A DNA stretch of 64,000 bases from Blepharisma stoltei ATCC 30299. Taxonomy: Eukaryota; Protista; Ciliophora. The notes under the pieces are model-generated. The model ran no database searches and was not told the DNA's origin. It saw only the letters and a program-made list of their open reading frames with translations. The translations under genes and the position numbers were made by a program. The stretch is taken from the NCBI GenBank assembly GCA_965603825.1, contig CBFDEM010000021.1, positions 806,001 through 870,000 of the forward strand. Direction: 5' to 3'. This document shows positions 14,094 to 27,244 of the stretch, piece after piece (the first letter of the stretch is position 1; each line of letters starts with the position of its first letter).

Positions 14094-17000
14094 ATGAATA
14101 TATCAGCCATTCTAATAATGACTATGCAGCATCTTGTTATCGCCTCTCACTATATATGATGAACCTTACTGCTGCTAATCTCTTTTCCGCAAATATCTTC
14201 ATGCTTAGAAGCTATAATTGTCTATACAGACATAAATAGCCTAAACTCTGGAAACTTTAACCAGTCTTCCATTCTTGAGATAACTCATTCTTTAGCATAT
14301 TTAGTTGATTGGCACAAATGCAGTATTTCAGAAATTCAAATTTGCCTTGAAAATTTCCCTAATAGCCTTATTTTGCTTGATTTATCAAATGATATAGAAG
14401 ATCAATGGGCAATTTCACGGGTATGTATCAGTTATTCAATTATCCATCTTGTTTATCAAAGCAAACTTAAATTTGAAGATGAATGAACTTATTCAGTGGT
14501 GCCTTCATCTAATGAGCAAATCGAAGCTTTATTAAGTGTCAGTAGCTATTTAAATTGGACTCAAGGGACTGTTTTTACAAGTATGGAGAATTATGGAATG
14601 AAAGAAAAATTTTTTGATCATTCAAACGGATTTAATTTCTTGTCTGTGGAATCTAAGTCAAATATTAGTGAGCTTGTAAAAAGAACTGTTTTTAGAATGG
14701 GTTCTACTCTTTATTATGTACTTTGTGGATTGCCAGAGTCATTGAAATTGCAAAATTTATTATATAGTTCACAATTATTAGAAGCTGGGAATGGAATTAT
14801 GTTTAATCAAGAAAGTGGGTATGACTGCATAACTGAAGGGGCTTTAATCGTTACCGATTTTGGATATGAATTTGTAAATTCTCCTGAAGAATATTTTAAA
14901 AACTCAGTTATAAAACTTATGTCAGATATGCTAAATGAGATTTCAAATGATATTTCTCATGAACTTGTACCACTACTGAAAAATACACTCAAAAACCTTT
15001 TAAGTGAAAGAAAATTTTCATTAGTTAGTATCCAGAATGGAGAAAGAGTTATTGTTGGGTCGATTATAAAAGGAAATTTAGTGATATTTGGCAATATAAC
15101 ATTTCCAGGTGATACATCTATTATTCCAAAATCAACCAAAAAAGTTTTACATTTGAGTATATGCGCGGGCGCAACAAATCCTGGGTCTTCACCAAGTTTA
15201 ACTCAAAAACTTGGTGCAATGGGCTCTTATGTTGCTATAGACAAAATTAATGAGAGCAATGATATTTTATCCAATTTTCAGATCGAAATGTTTAATTATG
15301 ATTGTGGAGTCACAATCTTTGATTCTACATTCGCAAAAGCTTGCTTTACAGACAACATTGGAAAACTTGGACTTACCCATCTTTCCTCATATGGATCTGT
15401 TGTAACCAAAGGTACAATTCAAATTTTCAACCAATTAAACATAAGTCTTCCAGTAATTGGAAGCGCTAATTCTGACTCAGCCTTGGGCTCATCTACAAAT
15501 TTTCCTATGTATGTCAGAGTTGTTAATTCAAACCTCTTAAGCCAATCAATAGTTTGTTTAAAAATAATGGGGTGGATAAAAGCTGCAATTTTATATGAAA
15601 ATAGCTCATGAGGAATATCAAGTTATAGCTCAATGGTGGCTGCAGCAAAAAGTGTGCAAATTGAAATAATAAACCAAGAAAACTTAAGAGTGATACCTCC
15701 AGGATTAAATAGGACAGCACTTAGAAGTTATAAAGACCAGATTGAAGCTGTAATTGATTCGCATGCAAGGCTGCTAATAATGCTTATTCAATGTCCATAT
15801 TGCAATTATGTAGCTGAATACTTCTATGATTTAGGGCTAAGGAAAGGAGATATCTTAATTTATGGAAACCCTGATATTTTAACTTATTTATCAATAAACG
15901 ACACAGCTTTATACAAACGGTCAGAAATTGGAAGCTCAGCTTTTGCTTTCGGCTTTTCACAATGAATAGGGAAACTTGGGCAAGATATAGCAAACCGAAT
16001 TTTATCAAAATTTAGCACCCCTCCTAATTCTTTTAGCTGCCAATATTATGACGCTATTTATCTAGCTGCAAATGCATTGGATTATATGATTGATAGAGGG
16101 CAAGATTATAAAAATTCAAATAAACTAATGGCAGTGATAAGAGAAACCCAGTTCAGTGGCTGCACAGGTAAAGTCAGTATAAGTAAAGGTAGCAACGACA
16201 GAATATTTGACGTAATAGTAATTAAAGCACTCAAAATGAGTAAAGATGGGAACTCAACATCATATTTAGTTGGCGAATACATGCCATATAGTACAAATTT
16301 GTGAACTGTAGTAAATCCTATGGTTTATGCTGATGGATCAATTATTAAACCATCTGACTTAAGAGACGAAAATGGAACATGTCCTTTTCCATCTAAAGAC
16401 GTAAGAACTTTTGCTAAAGGAAGAGCAATTTTATTTGCTATTTGCTTTACAGTTGCTTTAATTACTGCAGTAATTACTTTTATTATATGGAAAAAATGAT
16501 GGAACATAAACGTAGAAGAGCTTAAAGATAAACAAGAAATTTCTCCGCAGGATTTTATTGTAGGAGCTACTATTCTGATAGAGTTTTTCCAGCTAGCCTC
16601 AATGGGACCAGATTTTTCGGTGATAAGCCCACTTTTATATGAAGCCAGCAATTTTTTATCATTGGATTTGGGAAGTATAATTGAGATGAAAAATGGGATA
16701 TTTTGGATTGTTGTTGATGGTGTTTATGCAGGAATCTTTGCATGAAATATTTTGTGTGTAGTTGTCCTGTTTAGACTTGATGAAAAATGGAAAAGAATTG
16801 AATTTTTTAGATTCTTGGCTTGGCTAGCAGATTATTTAATGCCGATTTTAGGAAATCTTTGTTTTATTCCTTTTGTTTCAATTTGCCTTGATATATTTCT
16901 ATGTGACCAATCAATTGGTGACAGCTTTACAGATAGTTTTTTAGCTAAAGACTGCTATTATTTTTGTTGAAAAGGATCTCATTTAATTTATGCAATTTTA

Positions 17001-17570
17001 TCATGTTTTGCATTATTATCATATGAACCTCTTGCTGTTTTTTGTCGACCTCTTTGGCAAGAACTACAACCAATGCTCCATGTTAAAGCGTTTCCGCTAT
17101 TTTTAATGGTAAAAGCAGTTTTTCAAACGGCCTTTATAGTGTTGAATAAAACAATCAAAAGAGTATCTGATATTGGCCATGGAATCATATTTATTTTTAT
17201 TATGATCATTTATATAGCATTTATTTTTAAGTTCAAATCTTATAATTATGCAAGATTTAGCTTATGACAAGAATTAGGCTTGATCGGAGTTACATGACTT
17301 GCAATTTTGTCTGTAATTGGATTAGAAATTTCTAATTATTTATACTCAACAATATCAATTATTTTTTTATTTGTTGGCTGACTTTTTATAATCTTCCTAG
17401 GATTATTTATTCAGTATAAAAAATACCCTAGTCTGCTATATAGACCAAAAAGTAGAGATACAACTAATTTATTTAAATTTGCTTTTACATTCGGAAAGGG
17501 ATCAAAGAGTTCGCTAATGAAATTCAACGAACGAAAATCTAAAATTGTTCCTGCTGAATCCGGGGATTAA
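14094..17570 (+). CDS. R2: receptor-like paralog, subfamily A, ~1158 aa (alternative start 14118)
   Basis: Track ORFs 14496, 15633, 16077, 16752 and 17073 share a frame with ATG 14094; ends at TAA 17568-17570; colinear with R1 throughout. Confidence 0.86.
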
Positions 17571-17732
17571 TTCGGCTATATATAAATAATTTTAATATTT
17601 TTTTAAATTATTGTTCGTAAAGTTTTATTATTCACTAGTAGCGATTAACTAGTGCGGAATGACTAAATTTATAGATTTAATTATCTTTTCGATATTATTA
17701 TTATTCAACATAAAAAAATTTAGATATAAATA

Positions 17733-17922
17733 TAGAGATACAACTTATTTATTTAAATTTGCTTGTAGATTTGGAAAGAGCTCAAAGAGTTCCTTAATGA
17801 AATTCGATATAGGAAAATCAAAAATTATTTCTGCTGATCTGGCAATTAATTGTAAATAAGCAAATTTGAATATGCTTTTTATTATGCATAATTTTTTATT
17901 ATTCATCATTAGCGATTAACTA
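17733..17922 (+). repeat. Diverged tandem duplicate of the last ~40 codons plus 3' flank of R2 (source 17453-17651)
   Basis: TAGAGATACAAC..TTTATTTAAATTTGCTT..GGAAAG..TCAAAGAGTTC..TAATGAAATTC and AGCGATTAACTA occur in both copies. Explains track ORF 17659-17859 (RDTTYLFKFACRFGKSSKSSLMKF). Confidence 0.85.
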
Positions 17923-18440
17923 ATAAGACAATAAAGTCTAAAGGATCAAATATTATTTTTGAAATAAGCACATAAATAACAGATATTGTTATATATAGAC
18001 CATAGATATAAAGAACTAATTAAATATTTTTGAGAACATTTAGTGAGTTTTCCTTTATATAAGTTTTAAAACTAACTTAAACAATTAGAAAGATTAAATT
18101 ACTCAAAAATTCATTGTAATGGTATTTAGATAAGTTGCATACTTTTAGTTTTCAGCTTTTGCTAATTCGACTTTGATCGAATTTGAAGTTTACAGAATCC
18201 TTATAATATCATAGACCTGATTTGTAGAATTTTTATCATAATTATAGGCCTGATTTTCATATAGTCCATAGTATTATTTTTTAATTCAAATTAAGGTACT
18301 AAAATTATCAAAAATATTTTTTAAAAAATGAATATTTTTAAATTATAATTAATGAGATAAAATCTAAAAGGGATAATTTCTTATTAAATTCCTATAAAAG
18401 TTTTTTGTTTTGTGGAAAATTAATTGCCATTGCTTAAAAT

Positions 18441-21400
18441 ATGAAGAGTCTTCAAAAGCTACACGTCAAGCACTACTATTTTTTATGTCTTACACTTTTT
18501 TACTCGCCAAGTCTCATTCACTAGAAATTATTGTTGCATACGCAGACAACAAAAGTTTAAATTCCCACAAATGGAATGAGACTTCACTTCTTGAGATAAC
18601 TCAATCTCTTAGCTCCTTTATTGACTGGCACAAATGCAAAATTCCAAATATTAGATCATGCGTCGAGAAATTTCCGAATTCTCTTATTCTGCTCGACTTA
18701 TCAAATGACCTAAATACTCAGATCCAAATCTCACAAATCTGTAATAATCATTTTTTAATTCATCTTGTTTACCAAAGTAAGCTAAAATTTAAAGATGAGT
18801 GGACATATTCTATTGTGCCATCAAATAAGGAGCAATTAAAAGCTTTATCATCAATTTTTGACTATTTTAATTGAACAAAAGGGCTAATTTTTAGTAATCA
18901 AGAGAGTTTTGAGGTAGTAGAAAAATTTTCAAATGATTTTAATATTTTTACTATAGAAACTGGTGAGGGTCAACTCTTTATTGCATTTTTTCAGATTTAT
19001 ATGAATCACTGAAATTGCAAATTTCATTAAAACAGTCGAAATTGTTGGAAGCTGGTAATGGAATTATTTTAAACCAAAAAAGTGGATATAATAGCAACAC
19101 TGAAGGAGCTTTAATTATTACAGATTTTGGGTTTGAGTTTGCCAGTTCTACTGAAGAGTATTTTAAAATGTCAGCTTTGAAAATTATTTCTGAAATTTTA
19201 AACCAAGCATATGAAGAAAATAGGCTAGATCTTGCCTCGGTAGCTAAGATGATAATCAGCAATAATTCAAATAAAAGCCAATTTTCTTTAGTAAATATTC
19301 GAAAAGGAGAAAGGATCATAGTTGGATCAATTATAGATGGAGATACAAAGATATTTGGCAATATAACGTTTCCAGGAGGCACAAATAATATTCCAAAGTC
19401 GACTAAAAAAGTTTTGCATTTAAGTATAAACGCTGGAACTACAAATCCTGGGGCTGCTCCCAGTTTAACACAAAAATTAGGATCAATGGGTTCTTATGTA
19501 GCTATCGACAAAATTAATGAGAGCCATGACATTTTATCAAATTTTCAATTAGAAATGTTTAATTATGATTGCGGAGTTACCATTTTTAATGCTTCTTTTG
19601 GTAAAACATGCTTTACAAATGACATTGAAAAATTAGGATTATCTCATCTTTCTGCTTATGGATCAGTCGTCACCAAAGGAACCATGCAAATTTTTAATCA
19701 ATTAAATATATCTCTTCCAGTTATTGGCAGCTCAAATGGAGACCCTTCTTTAAGCTCCTCCACAAATTTTCCTATGTACGTGAGAATGATTTCTTCATTA
19801 TGGTATAGCCAGTCTATAGTTTGTTTAAAAGCAATCGGCTGGACAAAAGCTTCAATTTTATACGAAAACAGTTCATGAGGAGTTGCAGTGTACAGTTCTA
19901 TTATAAAAGCTGCAGGAAATCTTAATCTTGAAATTATCAATCCTGAAAACTTAAGATTAATTCCTCCAGGACTAAATAGGACAGGACTAAGAAGCTATAA
20001 ACCTCAAATTGAGGGTGTCGTCAATTCTCAAACAAGGCTATTAATCATGCTGATCCAATGCCCAGCATGCAACTATGTAGCCGAATATTTTTATGATTTA
20101 GGATTGAGAAAAGGTGATATAATTATTTTTTGAACCACTCCTGACATAATTACTTATTTTCCTGCAAATGATGAAGCCTTTCACAAACGATATGAAATTG
20201 CAAATTCAGCTTTTACTTTTACTTTTGAAAATCTTGTTGGAAGTCTCGGACAAAATGTGAGATCTAGAATATTAGCAAAATATAATACAGAGCCAAATGC
20301 ATTTTCCTGCCAATATTTTGACTCAGTTTATACAGTTTCTAATGCATTGGATTATATGATTAACAGAGGTCAAGACTACACAGACCCTGCTAAATTAATG
20401 GCAGCTATACGAAATGTGCAATTTGGAGGATGTACAAGGAAAGTTAGTATAAATAAAGGAAGCAATGATAGAATATTTGATGTTTTTTATATGGAAGTAA
20501 TCAAAATAAATGAAGATGGAAATTCAACCACTTATAAAACTGGAAAATTTAAGCCTTTTAGCACACATTTATGAACTGTTCTCACTCCATTGATATATGC
20601 AGATGGGACAACAGTTAAACCATCTGACTTAAGAAATGAAAACGGGACATGTCCTTTTCCATCTAAAAATGTAAGGACTTTTGATAAAGGCAGAGCAATT
20701 TTATTTGCTGTTTGCTTTACAGTGGCTTTAATTACTGCTGCAATAACTTTTATTATATGGAAAAAATGATGGAATATCAATGTAGAAGAACTCAAAGAAA
20801 AACAAGAAATTTCTCCGCCGGATTTTATTGTGGGAGCTACCATTGTGGTCGAATTTTTCCAGCTTGCTGCAATGGGACCAGATTTTTCTGTGATAAGTCC
20901 ATTTTTGTTTACTGCTAGCAATTTTTTATCATTGGATTTGGGAAATATTATTGAGATGAAAAATGGGATATTTTGGATTGTTGTTGATGGTGTCTTGACA
21001 GGCATATTGGTGTGAATAATTTTATGTGTAGTTGTCCTATTTAGACTTGATGAAAAGTGAAAGAATTTCGAAATTTTTAGGTTTCTTGCGTGGACAGCTG
21101 ATTACTTAATGCCAATTTTGGGAAACCTGTGCTTTATCCCGTTTATTTCAATATGTTTGGATATCTTTTTGTGTGACCAATCAATAGGTGATAACTTCAC
21201 AGATAGTTTTCTAACTAAAGATTGCTATGTTTTTTGCTGAAAAGGGTCTCATTTAATTTATGCAATTTTATCATGCTTAGCGTTATTATCATATGAACCT
21301 CTTGCTGTTTTTTGCAGACCCCTTTGACAAGAATTACAGCCCATGCTTCATGTTAAAGCAATTCCGCTATTTTTAATGGTAAAAACAGTCATTCAAACTG

Positions 21401-21833
21401 CGTTGATTGTTTTAAATAAAACTGTCAAAAGATCCTCGGACCTTGGTCATGGAATTATATTTATTTTTGTGATGACAGTTTATATATCATTTACACTTAA
21501 AGTCAAGCCTTATAATTATGCAAGATTCAGCTTATGGCAGGCATTAAGTTTAATAGGAGTTGCATGATTAGCTATTTTATCTGTAATTCAGATAGAAATC
21601 TCTGACCATTATTATTCAACAATAGCAATTATTTTTTTACCTAGTGGCTGGCTGTTTATTGCTGCTTAGGGTTATTTATTCAATGAAAAAACTATCCGAG
21701 TATGCTATTTAGGCCAAGAAATAAAAATACAAGCAATTTATTTAAATTTGCTTTTACATTTGGTAAAGAGTCAAAGACGTCATTAGTAAAATTTAATGGA
21801 AGATATACAAAAATTATTCCAGTTGAAGAATAG
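18441..21833 (+). pseudogene. R3: receptor-like paralog, subfamily A, frameshifted pseudogene
   Basis: Colinear with R1/R2 but carries three lesions: ATG 18441 is out of frame with the downstream coding region (about 1 nt lost in the T-run near 18500); a ~40-nt frameshifting deletion at ~18960-18967 (removes SNIDELVRKVVFRL); and a 1-nt deletion at ~21665 in the last TM. Ancestral stop TAG 21831-21833. Confidence 0.8.
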
Positions 21834-22253
21834 ATTTATTAAATAGTATAAATTATTAATACCCATTTTATATTTTCTTTAATATTTTGAATAATATAAT
21901 AATTGAATATCTCTATATTGTTTTAGTAAAAGAATTGAAGTTCTAATATTTCTAGTGCATGCATTTCTATTGTATTAGTCACTTTGCATATTTTTATTAC
22001 TCTTATTTAAAAGTTATATAATATTTTAGGATTTATTACTTGGAAAAAAATAATTCAAAACTATAATAAGAATATACAATTCATCTCATGGCTTATTTTT
22101 TCTTATAATCTGCATATAAACCCAATTAATAAATTTCATCTAAATAAGAATATTTGTGGTTTCCTTTCCATGGGCTATTTTATGATTTTAATTCTATTGC
22201 GTTTAAAAATTTATATATCCATAATTATTTTCTTTTGCTTTTTTAATAATTAA

Positions 22254-25200
22254 ATGATACAGCTAATTATTTTCCTCCCTTTTGCTCTCGGATTTGAGCC
22301 TGAAAGACTTCCCTACACAAATCCACCTCCAGATGTCAGAGGATTTTCAATTATGGACAATTTTCCACCACTTAACCTCCTTATTGTTTATGGTGGGTAC
22401 TCAGATCCTACAAGTTTTGTATATGGAGACATATGGACATTTAATATTACAAGCCAAACTTGAAGCAGACTTATCCCTTCAGACGGAATTTCCCCAAGTA
22501 ATATATAAGCAGCTGGAAGATATAGCGGAGGTTTTTTCCGTATTTTACTTAAGCAATTATACTGCATTTTTGGAGGAATGTCAATTAATGGGCCTTTAAA
22601 CGATTTATGATGCTTCCAAATACAAGGATTTTTGTGATCAAAAATTAAAACGACTGGTGACATCCCTTCTCCTAGAATTAAATTTGGGTATACTTCATTT
22701 TATGATGACAATAATAAATTGCAGTTCGCTTTATTGGGAGGAGTTACTATGGAAGGGCTTGATGACAATCTTTACATGTAATATTTATATAGCCTGGATA
22801 CTTCAACATGGGTCTGAACCAAAATGCCACAAAGTGGAGACGCTCCTGGGAATGTTGAAGGATCAATAATCGTGCATTACAATAAAAAAATTTTTACAGC
22901 CGCTGGAGAAAATGCATTTTTAGCAAATTCGCATACAAAAACACTCCTCTATTATGATTTAGATCCTAGTGCTTATAAATGAGTGAATGTGACATCGGCA
23001 AAAACATATACATCAAGGATATTTGGTGGAGGGTTTCTGAAAGGATCAGAATTTTACTTAATGATGGGCTGGTCGATTGAAAAAGTTGACCATGAAAGCG
23101 CATGGTTTAAGGTTGATTTAGATGACCCAAGCTATGAATGAACAGAAGTTGCTGCTCAGGCAGACACTGATAATTTGTTACAAATTGACAGCTATGGCTA
23201 TACTTTAATAAATTCTACCGTATATATTTTTGGTGGGAACAATAATCCTCCTATCATAAACCGCATGGCTTATTTCGACTTAGACAAGCAGCCTGTCGAG
23301 TTTTTTGTTTATGATGATGATTTATCTCCCAGCCCAAGAATGTATCATACTATGCAGCCAATTGCAGAAAATTTATATTTATTTGGAGGACTAGGAGATG
23401 ATGGATTGCTTCATAATGATTTCTGAGCATTTAGCTGTATTGAAGAAAAATGAAGTTCTATAAATTCAGCTGGGGATATACCTACCAAGAGATATGGGCA
23501 TGCATCAGCTACTTACTCAGATGTGCTGTTTATATGAGGCGGAAGTGGGCAAGATGGGTATCTAAATGATGGATATTTATATGATATTAGCTCAGGGAAA
23601 TGGACACTTCTGACATATACAGATACAGCTCCAACTCCAAGAGTAGGAGCATGTGCTGGTTTCAGTGGATTCAGAATTTATATATACGGAGGACTAACGC
23701 AATCAGGGCTCTCTGATGAACTATGGTTCTATGACCTCAATAAAAATGAATATACGCTTGTGAACAGCCAAGATTCAGATGGTCCTGGACCCATTTATTA
23801 CGCAACTTGTCGAATTGCAGCTGGGGCAAATAACTTTCTATGAGTGATGTATGGTGAAGCCGAGGATAACAATTCCACTAATCAAGTCTACGGCTATGAT
23901 GCAGGTAATGACTTTTGATATTTTTACAGCGATGACCCTTCTAACACTACTTTTGCTAGAAGCCGAGCAGCAGTCTGCAAGCCTTTACAAAGAGTGCTAG
24001 TAGTTGGAGGGGAAACTTCTGGAATATACCCAAGCAATGATTTTTTTTACTTTTCAACTATCACTTCTGAATTTCAAGAACTTGGGACAATCTCAGACGT
24101 AATTTTTGCTTCAGCTTCTGCATATTTTCAGAATTATTTTTATATTCATGGAGGAGGGACAGCAGCTACAAGCCTTTTAAGGTTTAATGTTCCTAGCAAC
24201 CTTTTCATAAGGCTCCCAATGTGGACCTTTTGCACAGATAATATAACATGCAGTTTTGCTTGCAGTCCAGGGAGTTATAGGACTGCTACGAATTGTGAAA
24301 TTTGCCCTCCTGGGACTTATTCAAACGCGTATAATTCTACAGAATGCGCAAAATGCCCTAAAGGAAAATATGGGCCTCATTATGGAGCTACAAGCTTGGA
24401 TATGTGCTTTCCATGCTCAGAAGGGGAATATAATGATAAAGAAGGCCAAGAATTGTGCATTGATTGTCCTGCCTCTTATACCTGCAAGGTAGGAAGCATA
24501 ACTTATAGCGAGACATTAGCCAATTATGAGGATGAGTATTCCCAGCCATCTATTTATACTTCAGATATGACAGATATCAATAGAAATACCTTAATTGTGC
24601 AAGTCACTGTAGGAATAGTTGGCTTATTGGTGGCTATTACCTGCGTTTTGATCAGGCAAGCTCCAAAGATTTTGGTTTCTGTAGATCTATACACAGATAG
24701 GCATAACCATTTTGAAGGCATTCCTATGTATTTAAAACGAACCAAAATTGGTGGGCTTTTTGGAATTATGTTTATTTTTTTGGCAATAATGATTGTTGGG
24801 GTCGCAATTGTAAATTTTACTATGAATAATCTTTATGAGACTAAAAGCTTGGTGCCACTTGTGGTGCTTGAGCAAGACGTCCCAACAGTAAATTTTATAT
24901 AGTTTTCAGGCAAAATTTTAATAGCGATTACACTAAAAAATTATGGAGGGACATGTTTATCAAAAACTAAATCTTGCTCATCTACTATATCTAGTTCTAT
25001 TGATGGAATTACTGGGACTTGAACCACCCCACAATGTAATTTAAACACAAATGGAGATTGTGAAATTTCGTCAGTCTGCAGCGAGTGTACATTGTCAAGC
25101 GAAGGAGTTTTTACAATTACAATGGACGATTCAAATGGCTATACGTCAGGATTTACTGTTAATGTGACTTCCTCGTCTTCTATTCCTGGAAAGGTAAGTA

Positions 25201-25754
25201 GCTACCAAACCACTATTTTGTCTGATGCAGGCTATGTATTTATGGGTAGCACTGCGACAGAAATTTATTTTGATATGATACCATCCGTAACCGATATTTA
25301 GTATTATGAAAATACATATGATAATGTCGATCATACTGGCTACCATGTATCGAAAGACACAGTCGCTAAGCAAGGGTCGCAATACGAGCCATTTGAGTAA
25401 ATTTTATATAGGCTTGGGATGGTCTTTGTTAATTATTTAGTTATTGAGTTTGATTTAGACAATAATGGGCTTGTGACTGCTCGATATTATAATCAAACAT
25501 GGATTGTGTTTTTAACAACTCTTTTGGGATCAATTTTTGGGGTTATGGGAGCGCTTGGTGGGATTATGAAAGTAGTTGAAAAAAATTGGATAAAGATAAA
25601 AAATAAAAGACATTATAAAAGACATTTGGAGCAGCTGGATGAAAATGCAAAAGAAATAGAAAGGCTAAGAAAAGATCCTGACTTTTTAAATTATATAGAT
25701 GATCCTTTGACAGGAACTGAGATAGCAGAGAAAAAGAAGCCAGATATTAATTAA
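22254..25754 (+). CDS. Kelch-repeat + Cys-rich (TNFR/GCC2-GCC3-like) membrane protein with three TM helices, 1141 aa, 6 exons
   Basis: ATG 22254 with a signal peptide; many kelch motifs (IVYGGY..GDIWTF, PSPRMYHT..LYLFGG, PTKRYGHA..LFIWGG); CEICPPGTYS..CAKCPKGKY..CFPCSEGEY repeats; TMs near 24590-24650, 24750-24815 and 25500-25570. The frame stays open after removing five 15-nt introns; stop TAA 25752-25754. Confidence 0.88.
22498..22512 (+). other. 15-nt spliceosomal intron 1 of the kelch gene
   Basis: GTAATATATAAGCAG; contains an in-frame TAA; removal gives ...SPTGRYSGG. Confidence 0.85.
22778..22792 (+). other. 15-nt spliceosomal intron 2 of the kelch gene
   Basis: GTAATATTTATATAG; in-frame TAA; removal gives NLYILDTSTWVW, a kelch motif. 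Confidence 0.88.
24888..24902 (+). other. 15-nt spliceosomal intron 3 of the kelch gene
   Basis: GTAAATTTTATATAG; the terminal TAG is in frame; the ORF continues as FSGKILIAITLKNYGG. Confidence 0.88.
25287..25301 (+). other. 15-nt spliceosomal intron 4 of the kelch gene
   Basis: GTAACCGATATTTAG; terminal TAG in frame; removal gives MIPSYYEN. Confidence 0.83.
25397..25411 (+). other. 15-nt spliceosomal intron 5 of the kelch gene
   Basis: GTAAATTTTATATAG (identical to intron 3); in-frame TAA; removal gives YEPFELGMVF. Confidence 0.86.
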
Positions 25755-27244
25755 CTAGAGAAATGATAAATGTTTTAGATCTATAACTTTAAATTTTAAA
25801 GGGTTTTATATTTAACCATTTTTGGTAATTAATAAAAAGCTTTTGCAATAAAATTGAAAGCTTTTACTATCAAAATTTTTAGGATTTTAAATAATATTTT
25901 TGCCGAATAAATAAATTTAGCCTTTTGCTGTTTTGGAAGCCATCTGATTATAAATACCTAAGAAAGAAGCAGCTTTGAAGAGTCTTTATACAAAAACTAT
26001 TTACAGTTTACAGCTTGCTTGCTCTTGATATTGGAGGCTTATAGGCTAATAAAATTGAGCATTAAAGATATTTCAATGATGAAATCTGTCATCTAGATTT
26101 TTTTAGCAGCCATAAAGGATAGCGAATTTCTTGATAGAGAAATTACAGCTAAAATCTGGATAGAAGCCTAAGAAACATTATTTTTTTAAATTTTCTTTAA
26201 TCTTGTTAGATTTCATCGAATTATGCTGATATTAGCTTATTTAAATCATTTTTTTTAATTTTAAAACCAAAAAATTAATTAACAAGGATAATCTTTAATA
26301 AACGCAAGGATTCGTTTAGAATCATTAGCTTAAATCTTGCTTTTAAGACAAGAAATTAATCCATTAAGTGCTGCTTCTAAGTTTTGCTTTTGGAGATTTA
26401 CACATAAGTTATCTTTCGTAATGTTTTAGATAGTCAAATTAAATTGGGAAATTGCTTTAATTCTCATAAAACTAATGGCAAAGTATTAAGAATCCAGCGC
26501 ATTCCTATAGTTATAGCTAAAGATGTCTTTATTATAATAGGAAATTAAATCAAATATTGCCAATCAAAAGGAAAGAAAGTGTTTGCTAGGTGCAAGGCCA
26601 CAATGGATAAGTCGATTCAAACTTTGCGCAAATTGCCAACCCAAATTCACCTGGACTAGCGCTAGTAATGTTATAACGCTTCCAAATAGAGTAAAATGAG
26701 TCTTGCTTAAATAGGCGTATTCACACTCGTTAAAGCCCTATAAATGATATTTTTGTTACTGCCTTGATTTTAGACAATAATCTTAATGATTTTTATGGGG
26801 TTTTTAGAGTAAGTTTCTTATGGGTTTTTCTTTTTATATTTTTGTTCTACATGCATTTTCAATCGATAACATTATGTTGATTTATAATCAGTTAAGGGTT
26901 TTAATACTCATATTTAAATTTTGATATATTACTTTTTCAATTTTAGTGATCTTTTTTCTAATGCTTAGCTCTTTCAAAATTGCCCGCACATAGAGTCTAA
27001 ATATGATCCATGTTGAATATTCTAATTGTAGAGCTTGAAACTATAAGTGGACTCTTTTATGAAAAATCAAAATATAATTATCAATGTCAATAAGTTTATT
27101 CTTTAAAAGAAACGATTAGGCTTCTTCGAATTATAATAGTTTATAATAAAAATCTAGCTCAAGATGATTATTTTTTCTGGTTTATTTTGGAAAATTAAGA
27201 AATTTTTGATCTTATGGTTTACATTATAAATTTCACACTTGAAA

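Noticed and set aside
25195-25209. GTAAGT donor-like site in the kelch gene
   Set aside because: No AG at 15-16 nt and the frame is open through it.
25900-26750. Possible decayed gene or transposase between the kelch gene and R4
   Set aside because: No open frame, DDE motif or terminal repeats recognisable by eye.
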